From assembly GCF_009914755.1 (NCBI RefSeq), contig NC_060929.1: a stretch of 64,000 nucleotides of DNA; one strand, 5' to 3'. Numbering within the stretch: position 1 is the first letter of the stretch; each line of letters starts with the position of its first letter. A program made the position numbers and the translations under genes. The notes under the pieces were generated by a model that did no database searches, had not been told where the DNA came from, and worked only from the letters and a program-made list of their open reading frames with translations. This document shows, one piece after another, positions 53,501-64,000 of this stretch. The stretch comes from the human T2T-CHM13v2.0 reference genome, Homo sapiens.

Positions 53501-56500
53501 TTTGAGGCCAAAGGCAGAAAAGGAAATATCTTCGTATAAAAACTAGACAGAATCATTCTCAGAAACTGCTCTGCGATGTGTGCGTTCAACTCTCAGAGTT
53601 TAACTTTGCTTTTCATTCAGCAGTTTGGAAACACTCTGTTTGTAAAGTCTGCACGTGGATAATTTGACCACTTAGAGGCCTTCGTTGGAAACGGGTTTTT
53701 TTCATGTAAGGCTAGACAGAAGAATTCTCAGTAACTTCCTTGTGTTGTGTGTATTCAACTCACAGAGTTGAACGATCCTTTACACAGAGCAGACTTGTAA
53801 CACTCTTTTTGTGGAATTTGCAAGTGGAGATTTCAGCCGCTTTGAAGTCAAAGGTAGAAAAGGAAATATCTTCCTATAAAAACTACACAGAATGATTCTC
53901 AGAAACTCCTTTGTGATGTGTGCGTTCAACTCACAGAGTTTAAACTTTCTTTTCATAGAGGAGTTAGGAAACACTCTGTTTGTAAAGTCTGCAAGTGGAT
54001 ATTCAGACCTCTTTGAGGCCTTCGTTGGAAACGGGTTTTTTTCATATAAGGCTAGACAGAAGAATTCCCAGTAACTTCCTTGTGTTGTGTGTGTTCAACT
54101 CACAGAGTTGAACTTTCATTTACACAGAGCAGATTTGAAACACTCTTTTTGTGGAATTTGCAAGTGGAGATTTCAAGCGCTTTGAGGCCAAAGGCAGAAA
54201 AGGAAATATCTTCGTATAAAAACTAGACAGAATCATTCTCAGAAACTGCTCTGTGATGTGTGCGTTCAACTCTCAGAGTTTAACTTTTCTTTTCATTCAG
54301 CAGTTTGGAAACACTCTGTTTGTAAAGTCTGCACGTGGATAATTTGACCACTTAGAGGCCTTCGTTGGAAACGGGTTTTTTTCATGTAAGGCTAGACAGA
54401 AGAGTTCTCAGTAACTTCCTTGTGTTGTGTGTATTCAACTCACACAGTTGAACGATCCTTTACACAGAGCAGACTTGTAACACTCTTTTTGTGGAATTTG
54501 CAAGTGGAGATTTCAGCCGCTTTGAAGTCAAAGTAGAAAAGGAAATATCTTCCTATAAAAACTAGACAGAATGATTCTCAGAAACTCCTTTGTGATGTGT
54601 GCGTTCAACTCACAGAGTTTAACCTTTCTTTTCATAGAGCAGTTAGGAAACACTCTGTTTGTAAAGTCTGCAAGTGGATATTCAGACCTCTTTGAGGCCT
54701 TCGTTGGAAACGGGTTTTTTTCATATAAGGCTAGACAGAAGAATTCCCAGTAACTTCCTTGTGTTGTGTGTGTTCAACTCACAGAGTTGAACTTTCATTT
54801 ACACAGAGCAGATTTGAAACACTCTTTTTGTGGAATTTGCAGGTGGAGATTTCAAGCGCTTTGAGGCCAAAGGCAGAAAAGGAAATATCTTCGTATAAAA
54901 ACTAGACAGAATCATTCTCAGAAACTGCTCTGCGATGTGTGCGTTCAACTCTCAGAGTTTAACTTTTCTTTTCATTCAGCAGTTTGGAAACACTCTGTTT
55001 GTAAAGTCTGCACGTGGATAATTTGACCACTTAGAGGCCTTCGTTGGAAACGGGTTTTTTTCATGTAAGGCTAGACAGAAGAATTCTCAGTAACTTCCTT
55101 GTGTTGTGTGTATTCAACTCACAGAGTTGAACGATCCTTTACACAGAGCAGACTTGTAACACTCTTTTTGTGGAATTTGCAAGTGGAGATTTCAGCCGCT
55201 TTGAAGTCAAAGGTAGAAAAGGAAATATCTTCCTATAAAAACTAGACAGAATGATTCTCAGAAACTCCTTTGTGATGTGTGCGTTCAACTCACAGAGTTT
55301 AACCTTTCTTTTCATAGAGCAGTTAGGAAACACTCTGCTTGTAAAGTCTGCAAGTGGATATTCAGCCCTCTTTGAGGCCTTCGTTGGAAACGGGTTTTTT
55401 TCATATAAGGCTAGACAGAAGAATTCCCAGTAACTTCCTTGTGTTGTGTGTGTTCAACTCACAGAGTTGAACTTTGATTTACACAGAGCAGATTTGAAAC
55501 ACTCTTTTTGTGGAATTTGCAAGTGGAGATTTCAAGCGCTTTGAGGCCAAAGGCAGAAAAGGAAATATCTTCGTATAAAAACTAGACAGAATCATTCTCA
55601 GAAACTGCTCTGCGATGTGTGCGTTCAACTCTCAGAGTTTAACTTTTCTTTTCATTCAGCAGTTTGGAAACACTCTGTTTGTAAAGTCTGCACGTGGATA
55701 TTTTGACCACTTAGAGGCCTTCGTTGGAAACGGGTTTTTTTCCTGTAAGGCTAGACAGAAGAATTCCCAGTAACTTCCTTGTGTTGTGTACATTCAACTC
55801 ACAGAGTTGAACGTTCCCTTAGACAGAGCAGATTTGAAACACTCTTTTTGTGCAATTGGCAAGTGGAGATTTCAAGCGCTTTAAGGTCAATGGCAGAAAA
55901 GGAAATATCTTCGTTTCAAAACTAGACAGAATCATTCCCACAAACTGCGTTGTGATGTGTTCGTTCATCTCACAGAGTTTAACCTTTCTTTTCATAGAGC
56001 AGTTAGGAAACACTCTGTTTGTAAATTCTGTAAGTGGATATTCTGACATCTTGTGGCCTTCGTTGGAAACGGGATTTCTTCATATTCTGCTAGACAGAAG
56101 AATTCTCAGAATCTTCCTTGTGTTGTGTGTATTCAACTCACACAGTTGAACGATGGTTTACACAGAGCAGATTTGAAACACTCTTTTTGTGGAATTTGCA
56201 AGTGGAGATTTCAGCCGCTTTGAGGTCAATGGTAGAAAAGGAAATATCTTCGTATAAAAACTAGACAGAATGATTCTCAGAAACTTCTTTGTGATGTGTG
56301 CGTTCAACTCACAGAGTTTAACCTTTCTTTTCATAGAGCAGTTAGGAAACACTCTGTTTGTAAACTCTGCAAGTGGATATTCAGACCTCTTTGAGGCCTT
56401 CGTTGGAAACGGGATTTCTTCATACTGTGCTAGACAGAAGAATTCTCAGTAACTTCCTTGTGTTGTGTGTATTCAACTCACAGAGTTGAACGATCCTTTA

Positions 56501-57077
56501 CACAGAGCAGACTTATAACACTCTTTTTGTGGAATTTGCAAGTGGAGATTTCAGCCGCGTTGAGGTCAATGGTAGAAAAGGAAATATCTTCGTATAAAAA
56601 CTAGACAGAATGATTCTCAGAAACTCCTTTGAGATGTGTGTGTTCAACTCACAGAGTTTAACCTTTCTTTTCATAGAGCAGTTAGGAATCACTCTGTTTG
56701 TAAAGTCTGCAAGTGGATATTCAGACCTCTTTGAGGCCTTCGTTGGAAACGGGTTTTTTTCATATAAGGCTAGACAGAAGAATTCCCAGTAACTTCCTTG
56801 TGTTGTGTGTGTTCAACTCACAGAGTTGAACTTTCATTTACACAGAGCAGATTTGAAACACTCTTTTTGTGGAATTTGCAAATGGAGATTTCAAGCGCTT
56901 TGAGGCCAAAGGCAGAAAAGGAAATATCTTCGTATAAAAACTAGACAGAATCATTCTCAGAAACTGCTCTGCGATGTGTGCGTTCAACTCTCAGAGTTTA
57001 ACTTTTCTTTTCATTCAGCAGTTTGGAAACACTCTGTTTGTAAAGTCTGCACGTGGATATTTTGACCACTTAGAGGC
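47564..57077 (+). repeat. HOR units 20-23, (20-mer + 8-mer) x2; starts at 47564, 50962, 52321, 55719
   Basis: 4,757-bp period with shared markers at 49187/53944 and 51758/56515. Confidence 0.92.
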
Positions 57078-60000
57078 CTTCGTTGGAAACGGGTTTTTTT
57101 CCTGTAAGGCTAGACAGAAGAATTCCCAGTAACTTCCTTGTGTTGTGTACATTCAACTCACAGAGTTGAACGTTCCCTTAGACAGAGCAGATTTGAAACA
57201 CTCTTTTTGTGCAATTGGCAAGTGGAGATTTCAAGCGCTTTAAGGTCAATGGCAGAAAAGGAAATATCTTCGTTTCAAAACTAGACAGAATCATTCCCAC
57301 AAACTGCGTTGTGATGTGTTCGTTCATCTCACAGAGTTTAACCTTTCTTTTCATAGAGCAGTTAGGAAACACTCTGTTTGTAAATTCTGTAAGTGGATAT
57401 TCTGACATCTTGTGGCCTTCGTTGGAAACGGGATTTCTTCATATTCTGCTAGACAGAAGAATTCTCAGAATCTTCCTTGTGTTGTGTGTATTCAACTCAC
57501 ACAGTTGAACGATGGTTTACACAGAGCAGATTTGAAACACTCTTTTTGTGGAATTTGCAAGTGGAGATTTCAGCCGCTTTGAGGTCAATGGTAGAAAAGG
57601 AAATATCTTCGTATAAAAACTAGACAGAATGATTCTCAGAAACTTCTTTGTGATGTGTGCGTTCAACTCACAGAGTTTAACCTTTCTTTTCATAGAGCAG
57701 TTAGGAAACACTCTGTTTGTAAACTCTGCAAGTGGATATTCAGACCTCTTTGAGGCCTTCGTTGGAAACGGGATTTCTTCATACTGTGCTAGACAGAAGA
57801 ATTCTCAGTAACTTCCTTGTGTTGTGTGTATTCAACTCACAGAGTTGAACGATCCTTTACACAGAGCAGACTTGAAACACTCTTTTTGTGGAATTTGCAA
57901 GTGGAGATTTCAGCCGCGTTGAGGTCAATGGTAGAAAAGGAAATATCTTCGTATAAAAACTAGACAGAATGATTCTCAGAAACTCCTTTGAGATGTGTGT
58001 GTTCAACTCACAGAGTTTAACCTTTCTTTTCATAGAGCAGTTAGGAATCACTCTGTTTGTAAAGTCTGCAAGTGGATATTCAGACCTCTTTGAGGCCTTC
58101 GTTGGAAACGGGTTTTTTTCATATAAGGCTAGACAGAAGAATTCCCAGTAACTTCCTTGTGTTGTGTGTGTTCAACTCACAGAGTTGAACTTTCATTTAC
58201 ACAGAGCAGATTTGAAACACTCTTTTTGTGGAATTTGCAAATGGAGATTTCAAGCGCTTTGAGGCCAAAGGCAGAAAAGGAAATATCTTCGTATAAAAAC
58301 TAGACAGAATCATTCTCAGAAACTGCTCTGCGATGTGTGCGTTCAACTCTCAGAGTTTAACTTTGCTTTTCATTCAGCAGTTTGGAAACACTCTGTTTGT
58401 AAAGTCTGCACGTGGATAACTTGACCACTTAGAGGCCTTCGTTGGAAACGGGTTTTTTTCATGTAAGGCTAGACAGAAGAATTCTCAGTAACTTCCTTGT
58501 GTTGTGTGTATTCAACTCACAGAGTTGAACGATCCTTTACACAGAGCAGACTTGTAACACTCTTTTTGTGGAATTTGCAAGTGGAGATTTCAGCCGCTTT
58601 GAAGTCAAAGGTAGAAAAGGAAATATCTTCCTATAAAAACTACACAGAATGATTCTCAGAAACTCCTTTGTGATGTGTGCGTTCAACTCACAGAGTTTAA
58701 CCTTTCTTTTCATAGAGGAGTTAGGAAACACTCTGTTTGTAAAGTCTGCAAGTGGATATTCAGACCTCTTTGAGGCCTTCGTTGGAAACGGGTTTTTTTC
58801 ATATAAGGCTAGACAGAAGAATTCCCAGTAACTTCCTTGTGTTGTGTGTGTTCAACTCACAGAGTTGAACTTTCATTTACACAGAGCAGATTTGAAACAC
58901 TCTTTTTGTGGAATTTGCAAGTGGAGATTTCAAGCGCTTTGAGGCCAAAGGCAGAAAAGGAAATATCTTCGTATAAAAACTAGACAGAATCATTCTCAGA
59001 AACTGCTCTGTGATGTGTGCGTTCAACTCTCAGAGTTTAACTTTTCTTTTCATTCAGCAGTTTGGAAACACTCTGTTTGTAAAGTCTGCACGTGGATAAT
59101 TTGACCACTTAGAGGCCTTCGTTGGAAACGGGTTTTTTTCATGTAAGGCTAGACAGAAGAGATCTCAGTAACTTCCTTGTGTTGTGTGTATTCAACTCAC
59201 ACAGTTGAACGATCCTTTACACAGAGCAGACTTGTAACACTCTTTTTGTGGAATTTGCAAGTGGAGATTTCAGCCGCTTTGAAGTCAAAGCAGAAAAGGA
59301 AATATCTTCCTATAAAAACTAGACAGAATGATTCTCAGAAACTCCTTTGTGATGTGTGCGTTCAACTCACAGAGTTTAACCTTTCTTTTCATAGAGCAGT
59401 TAGGAAACACTCTGTTTGTAAAGTCTGCAAGTGGATATTCAGACCTCTTTGAGGCCTTCGTTGGAAACGGGTTTTTTTCATATAAGGCTAGACAGAAGAA
59501 TTCCCAGTAACTTCCTTGTGTTGTGTGTGTTCAACTCACAGAGTTGAACTTTCATTTACACAGAGCAGATTTGAAACACTCTTTTTGTGGAATTTGCAGG
59601 TGGAGATTTCAAGCGCTTTGAGGCCAAAGGCAGAAAAGGAAATATCTTCGTATAAAAACTAGACAGAATCATTCTCAGAAACTGCTCTGCGATGTGTGCG
59701 TTCAACTCTCAGAGTTTAACTTTTCTTTTCATTCAGCAGTTTGGAAACACTCTGTTTGTAAAGTCTGCACGTGGATAATTTGACCACTTAGAGGCCTTCG
59801 TTGGAAACGGGTTTTTTTCATGTAAGGCTAGACAGAAGAATTCTCAGTAACTTCCTTGTGTTGTGTGTATTCAACTCACAGAGTTGAACGATCCTTTACA
59901 CAGAGCAGACTTGTAACACTCTTTTTGTGGAATTTGCAAGTGGAGATTTCAGCCGCTTTGAAGTCAAAGGTAGAAAAGGAAATATCTTCCTATAAAAACT

Positions 60001-63000
60001 AGACAGAATGATTCTCAGAAACTCCTTTGTGATGTGTGCGTTCAACTCACAGAGTTTAACCTTTCTTTTCATAGAGCAGTTAGGAAACACTCTGCTTGTA
60101 AAGTCTGCAAGTGGATATTCAGCCCTCTTTGAGGCCTTCGTTGGAAACGGGTTTTTTTCATATAAGGCTAGACAGAAGAATTCCCAGTAACTTCCTTGTG
60201 TTGTGTGTGTTCAACTCACAGAGTTGAACTTTGATTTACACAGAGCAGATTTGAAACACTCTTTTTGTGGAATTTGCAAGTGGAGATTTCAAGCGCTTTG
60301 AGGCCAAAGGCAGAAAAGGAAATATCTTCGTATAAAAACTAGACAGAATCATTCTCAGAAACTGCTCTGCGATGTGTGCGTTCAACTCTAAGAGTTTAAC
60401 TTTTCTTTTCATTCAGCAGTTTGGAAACACTCTGTTTGTAAAGTCTGCACGTGGATATTTTGACCACTTAGAGGCCTTCGTTGGAAACGGGTTTTTTTCC
60501 TGTAAGGCTAGACAGAAGAATTCCCAGTAACTTCCTTGTGTTGTGTACATTCAACTCACAGAGTTGAACGTTCCCTTAGACAGAGCAGATTTGAAACACT
60601 CTTTTTGTGCAATTGGCAAGTGGAGATTTCAAGCGCTTTAAGGTCAATGGCAGAAAAGGAAATATCTTCGTTTCAAAACTAGACAGAATCATTCCCACAA
60701 ACTGCGTTGTGATGTGTTCGTTCATCTCACAGAGTTTAACCTTTCTTTTCATAGAGCAGTTAGGAAACACTCTGTTTGTAAATTCTGTAAGTGGATATTC
60801 TGACATCTTGTGGCCTTCGTTGGAAACGGGATTTCTTCATATTCTGCTAGACAGAAGAATTCTCAGAATCTTCCTTGTGTTGTGTGTATTCAACTCACAC
60901 AGTTGAACGATGGTTTACACAGAGCAGATTTGAAACACTCTTTTTGTGGAATTTGCAAGTGGAGATTTCAGCCGCTTTGAGGTCAATGGTAGAAAAGGAA
61001 ATATCTTCGTATAAAAACTAGACAGAATGATTCTCAGAAACTTCTTTGTGATGTGTGCGTTCAACTCACAGAGTTTAACCTTTCTTTTCATAGAGCAGTT
61101 AGGAAACACTCTGTTTGTAAACTCTGCAAGTGGATATTCAGACCTCTTTGAGGCCTTCGTTGGAAACGGGATTTCTTCATACTGTGCTAGACAGAAGAAT
61201 TCTCAGTAACTTCCTTGTGTTGTGTGTATTCAACTCACAGAGTTGAACGATCCTTTACACAGAGCAGACTTGAAACACTCTTTTTGTGGAATTTGCAAGT
61301 GGAGATTTCAGCCGCGTTGAGGTCAATGGTAGAAAAGGAAATATCTTCGTATAAAAACTAGACAGAATGATTCTCAGAAACTCCTTTGAGATGTGTGTGT
61401 TCAACTCACAGAGTTTAACCTTTCTTTTCATAGAGCAGTTAGGAATCACTCTGTTTGTAAAGTCTGCAAGTGGATATTCAGACCTCTTTGAGGCCTTCGT
61501 TGGAAACGGGTTTTTTTCATATAAGGCTAGACAGAAGAATTCCCAGTAACTTCCTTGTGTTGTGTGTGTTCAACTCACAGAGTTGAACTTTCATTTACAC
61601 AGAGCAGATTTGAAACACTCTTTTTGTGGAATTTGCAAATGGAGATTTCAAGCGCTTTGAGGCCAAAGGCAGAAAAGGAAATATCTTCGTATAAAAACTA
61701 GACAGAATCATTCTCAGAAACTGCTCTGCGATGTGTGCGTTCAACTCTCAGAGTTTAACTTTGCTTTTCATTCAGCAGTTTGGAAACACTCTGTTTGTAA
61801 AGTCTGCACGTGGATAATTTGACCACTTAGAGGCCTTCGTTGGAAACGGGTTTTTTTCATGTAAGGCTAGACAGAAGAATTCTCAGTAACTTCCTTGTGT
61901 TGTGTGTATTCAACTCACACAGTTGAACGATCCTTTACACAGAGCAGACTTGTAACACTCTTTTTGTGGAATTTGCAAGTGGAGATTTCAGCCGCTTTGA
62001 AGTCAAATGTAGAAAAGGAAATATCTTCCTATAAAAACTAGACAGAATGATTCTCAGAAACTCCTTTGTGATGTGTGCGTTCAACTCACAGAGTTTAACC
62101 TTTCTTTTCATAGAGCAGTTAGGAAACACTCTGTTTGTAAAGTCTGCAAGTGGATATTCAGACCTCTTTGAGGCCTTCGTTGGAAACGGGTTTTTTTCAT
62201 ATAAGGCTAGACAGAAGAATTCCCAGTAACTTCCTTGTGTTGTGTGTGTTCAACTCACAGAGTTGAACTTTCATTTACACAGAGCAGATTTGAAACACTC
62301 GTTTTGTGGAATTTGCAAGTGGAGATTTCAAGCGCTTTGAGGCCAAAGGCAGAAAAGGAAATATCTTCGTATAAAAACTAGACAGAATCATTCTCAGAAA
62401 CTGCTCTGTGATGTGTGCGTTCAACTCTCAGAGTTTAACTTTTCTTTTCATTCAGCAGTTTGGAAACACTCTGTTTGTAAAGTCTGCACGTGGATAATTT
62501 GACCACTTAGAGGCCTTCGTTGGAAACGGGTTTTTTTCATGTAAGGCTAGACAGAAGAGTTCTCAGTAACTTCCTTGTGTTGTGTGTATTCAACTCACAC
62601 AGTTGAACGATCCTTTACACAGAGCAGACTTGTAACACTCTTTTTGTGGAATTTGCAAGTGGAGATTTCAGCCGCTTTGAAGTCAAAGTAGAAAAGGAAA
62701 TATCTTCCTATAAAAACTAGACAGAATGATTCTCAGAAACTCCTTTGTGATGTGTGCGTTCAACTCACAGAGTTTAACCTTTCTTTTCATAGAGCAGTTA
62801 GGAAACACTCTGTTTGTAAAGTCTGCAAGTGGATATTCAGACCTCTTTGAGGCCTTCGTTGGAAACGGGTTTTTTTCATATAAGGCTAGACAGAAGAATT
62901 CCCAGTAACTTCCTTGTGTTGTGTGTGTTCAACTCACAGAGTTGAACTTTCATTTACACAGAGCAGATTTGAAACACTCTTTTTGTGGAATTTGCAGGTG

Positions 63001-63873
63001 GAGATTTCAAGCGCTTTGAGGCCAAAGGCAGAAAAGGAAATATCTTCGTATAAAAACTAGACAGAATCATTCTCAGAAACTGCTCTGCGATGTGTGTGTT
63101 CAACTCTCAGAGTTTAACTTTTCTTTTCATTCAGCAGTTTGGAAACACTCTGTTTGTAAAGTCTGCACGTGGATAATTTGACCACTTAGAGGCCTTCGTT
63201 GGAAACGGGTTTTTTTCATGTAAGGCTAGACAGAAGAATTCTCAGTAACTTCCTTGTGTTGTGTGTATTCAACTCACAGAGTTGAACGATCCTTTACACA
63301 GAGCAGACTTGTAACACTCTTTTTGTGGAATTTGCAAGTGGAGATTTCAGCCGCTTTGAAGTCAAAGGTAGAAAAGGAAATATCTTCCTATAAAAATTAG
63401 ACAGAATGATTCTCAGAAACTCCTTTGTGATGTGTGCGTTCAACTCACAGAGTTTAACCTTTCTTTTCATAGAGCAGTTAGGAAACACTCTGCTTGTAAA
63501 GTCTGCAAGTGGATATTCAGCCCTCTTTGAGGCCTTCGTTGGAAACGGGTTTTTTTCATATAAGGCTAGACAGAAGAATTCCCAGTAACTTCCTTGTGTT
63601 GTGTGTGTTCAACTCACAGAGTTGAACTTTGATTTACACAGAGCAGATTTGAAACACTCTTTTTGTGGAATTTGCAAGTGGAGATTTCAAGCGCTTTGAG
63701 GCCAAAGGCAGAAAAGGAAATATCTTCGTATAAAAACTAGACAGAATCATTCTCAGAAACTGCTCTGCGATGTGTGCGTTCAACTCTCAGAGTTTAACTT
63801 TTCTTTTCATTCAGCAGTTTGGAAACACTCTGTTTGTAAAGTCTGCACGTGGATATTTTGACCACTTAGAGGC
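57078..63873 (+). repeat. HOR units 24-25, two 20-mers (57078-60475, 60476-63873)
   Basis: 3,398 bp each; unit 26 starts at 63874 and is cut by the window edge. Confidence 0.9.
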
Positions 63874-64000
63874 CTTCGTTGGAAACGGGTTTTTTTCCTG
63901 TAAGGCTAGACAGAAGAATTCCCAGTAACTTCCTTGTGTTGTGTACATTCAACTCACAGAGTTGAACGTTCCCTTAGACAGAGCAGATTTGAAACACTCT

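Larger units (their letters stand above)
1..64000 (+). repeat. Alpha satellite higher-order repeat array, SF1 dimeric (J1/J2), probably S1C1/5/19H1L-type live centromeric array
   Basis: There is continuous ~170/340-bp periodicity with hallmark alphoid motifs (CATTCTCAGAAACT, TTCAACTCACAGAGTT, TTGAAACACTCTTTTTG, GGAAATATCTTC, AAAACTAGACAGAA). A CENP-B box and usually an EcoRI site (GAATTC) occur once per 340 bp. Alpha satellite identity is near certain; the chr1/5/19 subfamily call is from recognition only (about 0.75). Confidence 0.98.

Noticed and set aside
59177-59452. Unique 91-aa ORF
   Set aside because: A T>C change at 59291 removes a TAG stop in an E2 dimer; this is incidental.
101-63588. 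About 200 short ORFs (60-124 aa; MILRN..., MFPNC..., MQLAS..., MSEYP...) on both strands
   Set aside because: They recur with the satellite period, overlap on opposite strands and have no recognisable domain. They appear or vanish with single SNVs and indels. They were useful only as dimer-type markers.
1-64000. CRISPR-like repeat/spacer pattern (constant 17-bp motif at a regular interval)
   Set aside because: The intervening ~320 bp are themselves homologous repeats rather than unique spacers. There are no cas genes and the motif is the CENP-B box.
1-64000. Embedded L1/Alu insertion, inversion or foreign sequence
   Set aside because: All spacings between A markers are multiples of ~340 bp within a few bases, and every box is on the + strand. 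There is no room for an insertion.
1-64000. Assignment to one specific chromosome or to the kinetochore site
   Set aside because: The chr1, chr5 and chr19 arrays share this family. Deciding needs alignment to T2T assemblies and chromatin data.

Overview
The whole 64 kb window is one uninterrupted, single-orientation array of primate (human-type) centromeric alpha satellite. It holds about 376 monomers of ~170 bp, arranged as 188 ~340-bp dimers with a CENP-B box in every second monomer. This is suprachromosomal family 1 (J1/J2 dimer) organisation, and the sequence most resembles the chr1/5/19 live array family (D1Z7/D5Z2/D19Z3); I cannot assign the exact chromosome. I found no genes, RNA genes, transposons, inversions or CRISPR arrays, and all ORFs in the track are by-products of the repeat. 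I see no new gene system. The interesting signal is the array architecture. Using my own dimer labels, the dominant unit is a ~3,398-bp 20-mer, A-B-C-D1-E1-D2-E2-D3-E3-D4. The 25 complete units run 20,10,20,20,16,16,16,20,20,8,22,8,20,20,8,8,12,8,8,20,8,20,8,20,20 monomers. Shared rare variants let me reconstruct a nested duplication history: a ~13.25-kb block was duplicated, and its second copy grew to 23.78 kb, mainly through two adjacent 28-monomer duplications. There are also short gene-conversion tracts and a sharp change in homogeneity along the window. Variants were read by eye, so counts are minimum estimates.
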